Below are positions 48,701 through 57,245 of a stretch of DNA of 64,000 nt, in pieces. This DNA is from Candidatus Aenigmatarchaeota archaeon (GTDB lineage: Archaea > Aenigmatarchaeota > Aenigmatarchaeia > Aenigmatarchaeales > Aenigmatarchaeaceae). Under the pieces are notes generated by a model that did no database searches, had not been told where the DNA came from, and saw nothing but the letters and a program-made list of their open reading frames with translations. Where the stretch lies: contig JBDRJK010000011.1 in NCBI GenBank assembly GCA_043814985.1, positions 26,778 to 90,777 of the forward strand, written 5' to 3'. A program made the translations under genes and the position numbers. Position 1 is the first letter of the stretch. Each line of letters starts with the position of its first letter.

Positions 48701-49720
48701 ATACAGGGTCAGTATGCTTCATTATATGTTTATGGAAGAGTAACACAATGTAATAGTACTGCTAGCAGTGATTATCGTATAAGAGTAAATGATGTAGTTG
48801 CTCAGACACTTAACATAAACTGGTGTGATATATTCGGTCTTGATACAGGTTCTTCTTTTCAAAGTTCAGGATGGGATTGGGTTAGGTTTGAAATTCCAAA
48901 ATCTTGGTTGATAAACGGTGAAAACAAGTTTAATTTCTGGGATACTGGTGGTGCTTGTTCATGGGCTTGTGCTGACTGGCAGATTGGTGTTGACTTAGAT
49001 AACTATTATACGAGGTCTGGTTGGTGTTGTAACTGTGGTTTGGGTTCGGACCCACCAAAGGGAAATACAGGAACATGTGGTGCAACAAGTAATGGAGAAT
49101 TAATGATGTATTTGTTAAATGATAATAAGGCCTTAGATTCTAGTGGTAATAGCAACGATGGAAATCTTGGTAATGGTGTGTCAGGTGATGATAATGTACC
49201 CCAATTCATTGTTGGTATGTCTGGAAATGCTCTAGATTTCGATAGAATCAATGATTATGTAAGGGTTGATGACGATGACACTCTTGATATGACAGATGAA
49301 TTGACAATAGCAGCTTGGATTTATCCCAGGAGCTTTGGAGAAAATGATTATGGCAGAATAGTAGATAAGAACTTTTATGGCGCGTACTCTCTTTATGTCA
49401 GGTTATCAAATCCCAACGGTTTCGCTATTGGTATCAGTGGGTCATCTCGAACTTCTTTTGGGAATGTAATAACGCTAAACACTTGGCAGCATGTGGCAGT
49501 TACTTTTAACAGAAGCGCCCCTGGCAATACAATAATATTTTACGTTAATGGTAATCCAGCAGGAGCCGGAACATATACAAATCCCATCCCTATAACTACA
49601 GACGATTTGTATATTGGTAACAGTGCAGCTTTAGACAGGACCTTTGACGGTTTTATTGACAAGGTCAAGATTTGGGACAGAGCATTGACACAAGCAGAAA
49701 TCCAGGCAGATATGTCGTAA
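45719..49720 (+). CDS. Type IV pilin-like adhesin with Cys-rich region and four LamG domains
   Basis: MRG/VSVIIATVL class III signal; four GFW.FD...D.SGN...W.HVA...F.G.IDEV.IW.R.LT repeats. Confidence 0.88.
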   Translation: MRGVSVIIATVLVLMISASLVTLGYTFFTEISDEATDVARKTTEKRFSAIGADMVVESVSGRNIYVRNTGRTNLTAFSVYVNELPVSFSIDKETLQPGETATITLNADPVGLIEVYSAQGGPADYYIPGPGVCGDSILDILEDCDPPGSDSSECSCSGIDGCNGDDYYDYPPFGDCTALCECDTGPGSGEPCEPTITYDDPGCLGPCDIDGTACDTGSQCCNGMCVEGICGPCVSGTNCGERCSDGSYDFDDIINPHTCEGSTNDACNVLLGVGEGDCDCDANCQQPGLICDEIPGTDYCVVSGGGGLIGFWNFDGNTLDSSGNGNDGTNNGASWVSGISGQALDFNNLEGDYVNVDDSPSLDVDYITLSTWIYVNQYLNDQRIVSREYGTTEPYNIYSLILSGTGERKLQFRIARDGQATRDIITSDADIPLNTWTHVAATYDGSTAVVYINGDPNKTILGLPGTIIDSDRPVLIGSSEFYTPRFFDGIIDEVEIWDRALTPAEIQAEYQQYAPSGLIGFWGLDGDATDSTPNNNDGTEVNIDSSDWKTGADCVSGGCLELNGVDEYINIPSIVPDPSQGTFEAWFKPNNLHAGMILYVGQSGGNGLGGEQELHINAWSSGAVNGYYGGGVLLELEAGSYNVGGWNHIAYTYNNNGACELYLNGAPIGSGTLSGTVQTNLWEVSTKIGRPSANERYFNGLLDEVKVWNRVLTPAEVQQEYIDNVPSMGGEIGFWKFDDGSGTIATDSSGNGDDGTLRNMEAGDWKSGADCVSGGCLEFDGVNEYVEADVSGFDYMNGTLAMLIKPAVDSNQFSNQARFYGDSSGRFKFFINGVEDKLYFDNNGILCGTLQLSSSILGWSKDEWHHVAVVWGEPENTISKLYIDGIDVTNYVETGLCGDTQTSNHSIGSNFGGAYPFNGTIDEVKIWNRKLTPVEIQQENQTYDTGGPGGLGTVGFWKFDEGFARDDDNERDDYATGDSWDDGVNKWLVVDTNDIQGQYASLYVYGRVTQCNSTASSDYRIRVNDVVAQTLNINWCDIFGLDTGSSFQSSGWDWVRFEIPKSWLINGENKFNFWDTGGACSWACADWQIGVDLDNYYTRSGWCCNCGLGSDPPKGNTGTCGATSNGELMMYLLNDNKALDSSGNSNDGNLGNGVSGDDNVPQFIVGMSGNALDFDRINDYVRVDDDDTLDMTDELTIAAWIYPRSFGENDYGRIVDKNFYGAYSLYVRLSNPNGFAIGISGSSRTSFGNVITLNTWQHVAVTFNRSAPGNTIIFYVNGNPAGAGTYTNPIPITTDDLYIGNSAALDRTFDGFIDKVKIWDRALTQAEIQADMS

Positions 49721-50782
49721 TTATTTTTTCAAGATTATGTTCAGATAAGGCATCTGTTCCTTGACCTTTCTTTTGGAGCAATGTAAATGTTTTCCAAGTT
49801 CCTCATGATACTCTTCAGCCTCCTTCCTCTTGGTCTTTGTCCTGCCAAGGATAATCAGCATGTCAGGCGGTCTGTACATAGTGAACCCCTTCTTGCTTTT
49901 CAAGGTTGACATGGAAGCTATCATGTCTCTCATGTATTTCTTGAACCTGTAGTTCTGGTTCTTGTATATCATGCTTCTGAACAAATCCGCCTTGCTCAGG
50001 AACTCAAAGGCGAGTGCAATATCCTCTATATTACTATATTCGTTCGTGATGTTCTGCTCAGCCCACCAGAAAACCTCGTCAAGGTTCTTATCACATGAAT
50101 CTATTGCCTTCAGTGCGGACTTGATGTCTCCCTTGAAGACTGCCTGCATTGTGTCAAAGATGTTTTTCTCCCTTTCCCTTATTCCCAGAGACTCTGTTTC
50201 CAGATCGTTTATCGCAGAGCGGATGTCGCCGTCAGACTCTTCGGCTATTTTCTTGATTTCAGCAAAGCCGATTTTCAGCTTCTCCTTTTTTGCTATTTCT
50301 GTCAGCCTTCTCTCTATGAGATTCTTTGGCACCTTCCTGAGCTTTACCAGTTCGCAATAATTTCTGACTGTTCTCAATTTCTTATCATAAGCATCCTGCG
50401 CAATGAGTATTATGGGATAACTGCTTGTTTTTATTATGTCTATTATTTCTGAGGAGCCTCCTCTATCCTCTCTGGACATATTATCTGCCTCGTCTATGAG
50501 AATTAATCTTCCTCTGAGCAGGGAACCATTTTTTGTCGCGGGTATCAATTTTTTGATAGAAGATGCATCCCTGCTGTCGCTTGCATTTATTTCTATGAGG
50601 TTCAGGTTCTTTTCTTTTGCAATCAATTCTATTATTATGCCCTTTCCAATGCCAGTTGGTCCGTATAGCATTAAGGCCTTTCCCCGCTTCCAGTTTTCCA
50701 GCCAATTTAAAACCTTTTTTATTACAAGAGGCTGGGCAATAATGCTGTCCAATGTTCTTGGCTTGTACTTATCAATCAACAT
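49721..50782 (-). CDS. rfcL: Replication factor C large subunit
   Basis: KYKP, GPTGIGK, IEINASDSR, LIDEAD, GDIRSAINDL. Confidence 0.92.
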   Translation of the reverse strand: MLIDKYKPRTLDSIIAQPLVIKKVLNWLENWKRGKALMLYGPTGIGKGIIIELIAKEKNLNLIEINASDSRDASSIKKLIPATKNGSLLRGRLILIDEADNMSREDRGGSSEIIDIIKTSSYPIILIAQDAYDKKLRTVRNYCELVKLRKVPKNLIERRLTEIAKKEKLKIGFAEIKKIAEESDGDIRSAINDLETESLGIREREKNIFDTMQAVFKGDIKSALKAIDSCDKNLDEVFWWAEQNITNEYSNIEDIALAFEFLSKADLFRSMIYKNQNYRFKKYMRDMIASMSTLKSKKGFTMYRPPDMLIILGRTKTKRKEAEEYHEELGKHLHCSKRKVKEQMPYLNIILKK

Positions 50783-50911
50783 TCAATCATCCCTTTCAGA
50801 CACTAAGACGCCCCTGTGCCCACAGTTCCTACAAACCCAGATTTGGCCGCCTGCCCATGGCTCGTAAACCATGTCTTTGCTTTTGCATTTAGGGCATTCT
50901 TTTGTACTCAT
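50783..50911 (-). CDS. 42-aa Zn-ribbon protein between rfcS and rfcL (missing from the ORF track)
   Basis: MSTKECPKCKSKDMVYEPWAGGQIWVCRNCGHRGVLVSERDD*; abuts both neighbours. Confidence 0.8.
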   Translation of the reverse strand: MSTKECPKCKSKDMVYEPWAGGQIWVCRNCGHRGVLVSERDD

Positions 50912-50912
50912 A

Positions 50913-51860
50913 CTATCCTTTGTGAGCGGCAAACTGAGCCAGCATTGCTTCCAGCTGTATCAGTTCGTTGCCAGTCTGCATCCTGAACTCAAAATCCCCG
51001 ACCTTCTCTATTAGGCTGGCCTTTGTTTTTTCAGAAACATCAAGATCGTATATCTGCCTTGAAATCTGCTTTATTATGTCCTGTCCTGCCATACCCCTCT
51101 TCAATAACAGCTCTTTCAAAATATTTCTCGAGTCTATGAACTTGCCCTTCAAGGCATGGTTAATCATTTCCCTTACCTCTTCCGGTTCTGCCTGGGCAGC
51201 AACCTCGTAGATGGTGTCCTTTGTGATTTTCTCCCCAAGTGTTGCTGAGGCCTGGAGGATGTTGATTGCTTTTCTCAGGTCACCTTCGGAAATCTTGTAT
51301 ATTGCCTCCAAGGCAGGCTTGTCTATTTTCAATTTCTCCTTTTTTACTATCATGTTCAAATAGTCAGAAACATTCTCTTCGGTTAAGAACTTGAACCTGA
51401 AAACAGCTGCCCTGCTTTGGATTGGTGAGATGATGTTTGAGGAGTAGTTGCAGCTTATGATGAATCTTGTAACGTCAGCATACTTCTCCATTAGCCTTCT
51501 CAAGGCGTTCTGGGCATCAGATGTCAGGGCATCACCCTCGTCAAGGAATATTATCTTGAAGGAAGAGCCGATTGGCTTGGTCTTTGAGAAATCCTTTATC
51601 CTGGTCCTTATGACGTTTATGCCTCTCATGTCAGAGGCATTGGTCTCCTGGAAGTTCTGCCTCCAGTTGTCCCCGAATATCTCCTTTGCAATGGCAATGG
51701 CGCAGCATGTTTTTCCTGTTCCGGGCGGTCCTGCAAATATCATGTGGGGTATGGTCTTGCTCTTGACAAATGACTTGAGCCTGTCAACAATGTGTTTCTG
51801 GTCCACTATTTCAGCCAATTTGCCAGGCCTGTATTTTTCTGTCCATATTTCGAACGCCAT
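50913..51860 (-). CDS. rfcS: Replication factor C small subunit
   Basis: WTEKYRP, GPPGTGKT, NASD.RGI, IQSR, GDLRKAIN. Confidence 0.96.
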   Translation of the reverse strand: MAFEIWTEKYRPGKLAEIVDQKHIVDRLKSFVKSKTIPHMIFAGPPGTGKTCCAIAIAKEIFGDNWRQNFQETNASDMRGINVIRTRIKDFSKTKPIGSSFKIIFLDEGDALTSDAQNALRRLMEKYADVTRFIISCNYSSNIISPIQSRAAVFRFKFLTEENVSDYLNMIVKKEKLKIDKPALEAIYKISEGDLRKAINILQASATLGEKITKDTIYEVAAQAEPEEVREMINHALKGKFIDSRNILKELLLKRGMAGQDIIKQISRQIYDLDVSEKTKASLIEKVGDFEFRMQTGNELIQLEAMLAQFAAHKG

Positions 51861-51926
51861 AGTATCACTTAAGTATTTAATGCTAACATTTAATAAATAC
51901 GTTTAATAAACTATAAGAGTGATTTT

Positions 51927-52103
51927 ATGCCAAAGACAAAGATTGAGGCTGTGACAAACAGGATATTCAACAGGATGTTTATCTGCATGAAGTGCAATGC
52001 AAAGATAAGGGCAGAGCCTAGAAAAGTCAGAGCCGGGAAGATAAAGTGCAGGAAGTGCTATAGCAAGGACTTGAGACCCAAATCTAAAGAAAGGAAGATA
52101 TGA
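51927..52103 (+). CDS. rpl40e: 50S ribosomal protein L40e (missing from the ORF track)
   Basis: ...FICMKCNAKIR...KCRKCYSKDLRPKSKE. Confidence 0.9.
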   Translation: MPKTKIEAVTNRIFNRMFICMKCNAKIRAEPRKVRAGKIKCRKCYSKDLRPKSKERKI

Positions 52104-52912
52104 TGCTAGCGTATCTCAAGATACTGAGACCAATAAATGGACTGATGTCCGTATTCGCTGTTTTCATTGCTGCTATGCTTGTAGGGGTTCCTATTTCTTT
52201 GCCGCTTTTACTGTCGTTTGCAGTGGTTTTCCTTGTTTCAGGGGCAGGAATGGTAATCAACGACTATTACGACTATGAGATTGACAAGATAAACAGGCCC
52301 AAGAGGCCAATACCCTCAGGCAAGATTTCAAGAAGAACTGCAATGGTTTATGCTGTTCTCTTATTTTTGATTGCGAATGTTATTGCCTTTTCCCTGAATA
52401 ATTACATGTTCGGGCTTGCTGTTTTCAACACATTGGTTGCTTTTGTCTATTCGTGGAAGATGAAGAGGAGACTGTTGTTCGGCAACATGCTTGTCAGCTG
52501 GCTGGTTGCATCGACCTTCTTTTTCGGGAGCCTGTTGAACGAGACAATAGAGGTGATAATAATAATACTTTTCATGCTGTCGTTCTCCTCCAACATGGGG
52601 AGGGAGATTACAAAAACCATAGAGGATGTCAAGGGAGATATGAAGGTGAAAGCAAACACCCTGCCCATAGTTGCTGGGAAGAACTTCGCATACCTCATAG
52701 CATGCATATTCATAATATTCTCAATAATTTTCAGTTTCTTGCCTTATACTTTCAATCTGCTGAACATCTATTACCTTATACTTGTCATAATCGCGGACAT
52801 CGGCTTCACAATCTCATGCTTCCTGATACTTATCTCGCCGAAGAAGTCCCAGAAAATCATGAAGATATCAATGCTCGTAGCGCTTGTTGCTTTCTTAGTC
52901 GGCACTTATTAG
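52103..52912 (+). CDS. UbiA-family prenyltransferase, probably DGGGP synthase
   Basis: LRPIN, NDYYDYEIDKINRPKRPIPSG, REITKTIEDVKGD. Confidence 0.88.
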   Translation: MLAYLKILRPINGLMSVFAVFIAAMLVGVPISLPLLLSFAVVFLVSGAGMVINDYYDYEIDKINRPKRPIPSGKISRRTAMVYAVLLFLIANVIAFSLNNYMFGLAVFNTLVAFVYSWKMKRRLLFGNMLVSWLVASTFFFGSLLNETIEVIIIILFMLSFSSNMGREITKTIEDVKGDMKVKANTLPIVAGKNFAYLIACIFIIFSIIFSFLPYTFNLLNIYYLILVIIADIGFTISCFLILISPKKSQKIMKISMLVALVAFLVGTY

Positions 52913-53629
52913 TGCTTTCTCGAATTTTTGAAAATCATCGATGATCATATTTCCATTCTTTCTTTTGTAAGTGGCGAAAATTCCTATATTATCTTTATAG
53001 ACAAGGGAGTCTGGTGGATTGTCAGATATGTGCATTGCCTTTCCTGGGTTCACATTCTCTTTTTTGAGGCTCTTCCTCAAAAGTTTCAAACCGTCCTGTG
53101 GTCCCTTTATTATTATTTCAACACGGTCTATTTTTCCACCCTCTTTTGATTTAGTTTTGTTCGAAATGGCTTCATCAAAGTTAAAATATTCTTTAGCTGC
53201 ATCCGCGCATTCTTCTGATTCCCGTGTAATCAAAATCATTTTCTTCTTTTCCCCGAAATTCCTTATTCTTCCCAAAAAATTCTTCGCACCTCGGTTTTGC
53301 ATTGATTTTATGTAGATGCCAGAATACTTTTTCATTTCCTCGCTTGTAACATCGTAATTGCCAAGAACTCTATACAGCTCTTTTAAAAAATAATTCTCCC
53401 TGTCCCATTCTGTGGAATCCCTTCTAAGATGGCTCTCGGCATATAGCCTTATTCCATGAGCTCCCAACTTGATAGCATTAACTATCTTACCTTTCTTCAG
53501 CCTGTCCCATACAATGTAGAAAGCACCATAACAGGCATTACCGTTTATTAAAGTGTCATCAAGATCAACAGCAACAACTTCAGCATCTCTAATTTTATCC
53601 TTGTAGAAAGGTTCTAACTTGGTTTTCAT
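52895..53629 (-). CDS. HAD-superfamily hydrolase
   Basis: VDLDDTL, LIT, HISDNPPD; convergent overlap with the UbiA gene. Confidence 0.7.
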   Translation of the reverse strand: MKTKLEPFYKDKIRDAEVVAVDLDDTLINGNACYGAFYIVWDRLKKGKIVNAIKLGAHGIRLYAESHLRRDSTEWDRENYFLKELYRVLGNYDVTSEEMKKYSGIYIKSMQNRGAKNFLGRIRNFGEKKKMILITRESEECADAAKEYFNFDEAISNKTKSKEGGKIDRVEIIIKGPQDGLKLLRKSLKKENVNPGKAMHISDNPPDSLVYKDNIGIFATYKRKNGNMIIDDFQKFEKALISAD

Positions 53630-53690
53630 TACTCTTTTCTTGACAGAACATAAATTTAAATCTGTTAAGGCCATTTATTAATTGACGAAC

Positions 53691-53981
53691 ATGTTTGACA
53701 AAATAGAGAAAATAATAGCAGAGAGGAAACTGACGCCAAAGGAATGTGAATACCACACTTTGAGAATCCTGGAGAACAACGGCAAGGTGAGGGTTTTGGT
53801 TGTAAAGGGCGAGGGCAAGGCCTATGTAGAACTGGTATGTCCCCACTGCGGCAAGTACACTTATGAAGAGCAGGAATACAAAAAGGTTTCCAATGCCTCC
53901 AAGATAAGGCTCAGGATAGAGTGTTCTGGCTGCGGCAAGAAGACCAAAGTGGACAAGCTGAAAGCAAAGAAGAAAAAATAG
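53691..53981 (+). CDS. Zn-ribbon protein
   Basis: CPHCG...CSGCGK. Confidence 0.7.
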   Translation: MFDKIEKIIAERKLTPKECEYHTLRILENNGKVRVLVVKGEGKAYVELVCPHCGKYTYEEQEYKKVSNASKIRLRIECSGCGKKTKVDKLKAKKKK

Positions 53982-54011
53982 ATTTATACTACTGTTCCAT
54001 ATTTCTATTAT

Positions 54012-54084
54012 GCCCTGGTAGCTCAGCTGGTAGAGCGTTTGCTTGGTAAGCAAAAGGTCGCGTGTTCGACCCACGCCCAGGGCT
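54012..54084 (+). tRNA. tRNA-Thr(GGT)
   Basis: GCCCTGG/CCAGGGC acceptor stem; TTTGC-TTGGTAA-GCAAA anticodon arm; TTCGA T-loop. Confidence 0.96.
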
Positions 54085-54123
54085 CATTAATTTAAATATT
54101 CTTCTATTATAATCTTTCAATAC

Positions 54124-54198
54124 GGGTCTGTAGTATAGTCTGGTCTAGTATTCCGGCTTTGGGAGTCGGTGACCCCAGTTCGAATCTGGGCGGGCCCA
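54124..54198 (+). tRNA. tRNA-Pro(TGG)
   Basis: GGGTCTG/CGGGCCC acceptor stem; CCGGC-TTTGGGA-GTCGG anticodon arm; TTCGAAT T-loop. Confidence 0.95.
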
Positions 54199-54200
54199 CT

Positions 54201-54779
54201 TTATTTTTTTCTTGTAAACGTCAAGAAGCCAGTATGAGCAAGCATATGCGTCTTGGGCCTGGTGAAGGTCAGTCCCTCTATCTGCCACTCCCTTTCTAGA
54301 TTCTCAAGGATTCTAACTTTCCCGAATTCATATTTTCTCAGCTCCTTCCAGACCTTTTGTATCTGCTCAATGTGTAGAGAATAGATGACCAGCCACCCTC
54401 CAGACTTTAGACTGTTAAAAGCGTGCTTCACAACCTTCTCAGCTTCTTTCATGTCCAGGGTTATCATGTCAACATTCTTCTCCTTTATGCCTTTGGTTAT
54501 GTCAGCATTCCTTATTTTTATAGTCTTTATGCCAGAATTTTCAATGTTCCCTTTGGCCAAATCATAGAAACTTTCATTCTTTTCATATGTGAATACCTTG
54601 CAACCAAGATTCCCCAAGAATATGGATAAGAAACCAGAACCTGTTCCCGCGTCAACAAGCTTCCATCCTGGGGCGCAGCCTGTTATGGAAACTATCATTC
54701 CCAAATCCTTTGGCGTGATTACCTGCGGTCCCCTCTTTGCTTTGTTCAAAAAATCCGTGATTGTGTTTAGCCTATTCAT
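54201..54779 (-). CDS. trmI: tRNA (adenine-N1) methyltransferase TrmI, lacking the N-terminal domain
   Basis: KRGPQVITPKD, DAGTGSG, LDM, RP...MLAHTGFL. Confidence 0.88.
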   Translation of the reverse strand: MNRLNTITDFLNKAKRGPQVITPKDLGMIVSITGCAPGWKLVDAGTGSGFLSIFLGNLGCKVFTYEKNESFYDLAKGNIENSGIKTIKIRNADITKGIKEKNVDMITLDMKEAEKVVKHAFNSLKSGGWLVIYSLHIEQIQKVWKELRKYEFGKVRILENLEREWQIEGLTFTRPKTHMLAHTGFLTFTRKK

Positions 54780-54780
54780 G

Positions 54781-54801
54781 AAATCTTCTCGTTTATAAAT
54801 A
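54781..54801. repeat. 21-bp direct repeat, copy 1 (trmI promoter)
   Basis: AAATCTTCTCGTTTATAAATA vs AAATCTTCTCATTTATAAATA at 55454-55474. Confidence 0.8.
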
Positions 54802-54842
54802 AAATGGAAGTATAGTTTTTATTAGTTTGCTATATGATGTGT

Positions 54843-55394
54843 CTAAACCATCTTTCTAAGCTTGGAAATAACGTCAGATGTTACAGCTTCAATGCTTCTA
54901 GAGGAGTCTACAATTGTGAATGGTATCCCGAGGCTTTCTAGAACGAAGTTTTGGTTGTCATAAACCTTTTTGTAAAATGAAATTACGTCTTCTGGACTCT
55001 CGTTAAGATAGTATTTTGTCCGTTTTGGTATTTCTTCCAGTGGAACGTCCAAGAAAATTGCATGCACTTCATAATTATTCAACCTTTCCTTGAATTTCTT
55101 CATATATATGTCTGCCACTTCTTTCGACTTTTCCATGGCGTGTGCTATATTCCCTATATGCCAAGTCTCTGGAAATACTGGATCGGTTGAACCCAGATAA
55201 TTATCGTCTCTCTTAAATTCCTCTTCCATGACCTTTGACTGAAAATAGCCAGATGACTTTATACCAGCAGTATGTCCTTCCTTTGTCAGTTTTTCAGCAA
55301 TCTCAGGAAGGAACAGATATCCAACTTCTTTTAATCTAGACCCAATTGTGGATTTACCAGAAGTGTGCGTGCCTATAATCGGAAAGACTCTCAT
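54843..55394 (-). CDS. P-loop nucleoside/nucleotide kinase-like protein
   Basis: GTHTSGKST, PEIAE, IFLDVP, IVDSSRSIE. Confidence 0.75.
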   Translation of the reverse strand: MRVFPIIGTHTSGKSTIGSRLKEVGYLFLPEIAEKLTKEGHTAGIKSSGYFQSKVMEEEFKRDDNYLGSTDPVFPETWHIGNIAHAMEKSKEVADIYMKKFKERLNNYEVHAIFLDVPLEEIPKRTKYYLNESPEDVISFYKKVYDNQNFVLESLGIPFTIVDSSRSIEAVTSDVISKLRKMV

Positions 55395-55453
55395 AATAGT
55401 CAAAGGTTTAAAACAAATTTAAACCCTTTCGAGTACCTAGGTATTCTTCATAC

Positions 55454-55474
55454 AAATCTTCTCATTTATAAATA
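55454..55474. repeat. 21-bp direct repeat, copy 2
   Basis: One mismatch to 54781-54801. Confidence 0.8.
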
Positions 55475-55496
55475 TCATTGAAAAATATAATAAAAT

Positions 55497-56315
55497 ATGT
55501 TAGAGTTATTATTGGTTGCAATAGCACTTATAGGAAGTCTTGCATGCGGCATCTATGATCTTAAAACCTCAAATGTCCCTGACAAGCTTGTCATAACAAT
55601 GATAGTTTCTGCTTTGTCCATACATGCAATAACAGGATACTACGCAGGAGACTTTACTGTATTAATAGACTCATTCCTTTACGGTGGGCTGTTCCTGGCC
55701 TTTGGCTTGTTGATGTATTTCACGGGACAATGGGGAGGGGGAGACGGAGAACTTCTGGTTGCAATGGGAATCATGTTGCCGACTCTATCCTTTGTCAACA
55801 CATATTTCCCCTTTGCCATAAGCTTTTTCATTAACAGCTTCTTCATCGGGGCTGCATATTCCATTATCTATTCAATGGTTCTTGTTTTCAAGAATCCTAA
55901 AATAGGCAAGAAGTTTTTTTACAACATGAAGGATAAAAAAATAATAATCGCGCTTGCAGCGAGCCTTTCGCTTTCAGTTGCGTTCCTGCTTATCTGGCAG
56001 CTGATTCTGTTTTCCATATCGTTCCTATCTTTCATAATGATATTTTTCCACAAGTACTCCAAGACAATAGAAGAGAGTTTTTACATGAAAATACCTGTGA
56101 GCAAGCTCAAGGTTGATGACATGCTTGGCGAGGACATACCAGGTCTGAAGCTCTACAAGAGATACATCAAAGGTTTGACTGAGAAGCAGGTCAAGTTGAT
56201 CAAAAAGAATAGAAGGTATGTTGTTGTCAGAGAAGGTATAAGATATGGAATTGTCTTTCCATTAACCCTGCTGTTCACTTTGCTCTTCGGTGACTTCTTC
56301 CTGCTTTTCATTTGA
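55497..56315 (+). CDS. Prepilin peptidase (A24, FlaK/PibD-like)
   Basis: YDLKT..VPD, WGGGD, multiple TMs. Confidence 0.88.
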   Translation: MLELLLVAIALIGSLACGIYDLKTSNVPDKLVITMIVSALSIHAITGYYAGDFTVLIDSFLYGGLFLAFGLLMYFTGQWGGGDGELLVAMGIMLPTLSFVNTYFPFAISFFINSFFIGAAYSIIYSMVLVFKNPKIGKKFFYNMKDKKIIIALAASLSLSVAFLLIWQLILFSISFLSFIMIFFHKYSKTIEESFYMKIPVSKLKVDDMLGEDIPGLKLYKRYIKGLTEKQVKLIKKNRRYVVVREGIRYGIVFPLTLLFTLLFGDFFLLFI

Positions 56316-57245
56316 TTCTTTTTTGTACTCGTTTATCATTTCCCTTGCAGCTTCGTCATAGCCGATTTGTGGGTCAAAGCCCAGTTCTGTCTTTGCTTTT
56401 GTCAGGTCAAATGTCCTGCTGGCTGTAATCTTGTCTATGTATTCTGGTATTAGTTCATTCTTTTTCCCTGTTATTTTTCCTGTCAGTGACTTGGAACGAG
56501 CTATGGTCTTTGCAAGGAATTTGGAAACTTTCTTTTTTGGAGGCTCCACTTCCAGATACTTGCACAACAAGCTCCACAACTGGTTCAAGGTTTTGAACTC
56601 CTTTCCAGCGACAATATACACTTGCCCGGGCTTTCCCATGTTCTTTGCCAGAACTAAAGCCTGAACCAAGTCTTTAACATGTATCCACTGTATGAAATTC
56701 TTCCCGTCCCCTATCACTGGCATATTCCCGTTCTCTAGTCCGGATATGATATAGTCATATCCTTCCCTGAAGTCTGGGCCGAAAACATCAGTTGATCTTA
56801 TTATTATGCCGCCAGCTTCCTTTACAAGGCCCTCCGCCTCTAATTTGGTTTTTCCATAGAAGTTTGAGGGTTTGCAGGAAGTTTCCTCGTTCAAGGGCAG
56901 TTCCTTGAACTTGTTGCCCATGACTGCAGTTGAACTCAAGTAGATGAACCTTTTGCCCTTACTGACTTCCAAAAGGTTTTTGGTGCCTACAACATTTACC
57001 TTGAACATCTGGTCATTTGGTGTGGAATAGTCAACAGCAGCTGCCAGATGAAAAACAGCGTCAACACCCTTCACAGCCTTTTCAAGGGATTCCTTGTTTA
57101 AGAGGTCTCCGTAGAAAACCTCGACATTCTCGTCCTTTACCATCATGTCTTTAACTAGAACCCTGACCTCATCCCTGCTTCTCAACAGTGCTGGAACAAG
57201 ATGTCTGCCAACTCTTCCTGCAGCACCTGTTACCAGAACAATCAT
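56262..57245 (-). CDS. NAD-dependent epimerase/dehydratase
   Basis: VTGAAGRVG, HLAA, YGKTK. Confidence 0.9.
   Translation of the reverse strand: MIVLVTGAAGRVGRHLVPALLRSRDEVRVLVKDMMVKDENVEVFYGDLLNKESLEKAVKGVDAVFHLAAAVDYSTPNDQMFKVNVVGTKNLLEVSKGKRFIYLSSTAVMGNKFKELPLNEETSCKPSNFYGKTKLEAEGLVKEAGGIIIRSTDVFGPDFREGYDYIISGLENGNMPVIGDGKNFIQWIHVKDLVQALVLAKNMGKPGQVYIVAGKEFKTLNQLWSLLCKYLEVEPPKKKVSKFLAKTIARSKSLTGKITGKKNELIPEYIDKITASRTFDLTKAKTELGFDPQIGYDEAAREMINEYKKESNEKQEEVTEEQSEQQG

Noticed and set aside
53665..53682. GCCATTTATTAA as a remnant of the UbiA gene end (GGCACTTATTAG)
   Set aside because: Match is too short and AT-rich
53595..54074. 159-aa minus-strand ORF and the many other antisense ORFs in the track
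   Set aside because: They are shadows of tRNA-Thr or of well-supported genes on the other strand
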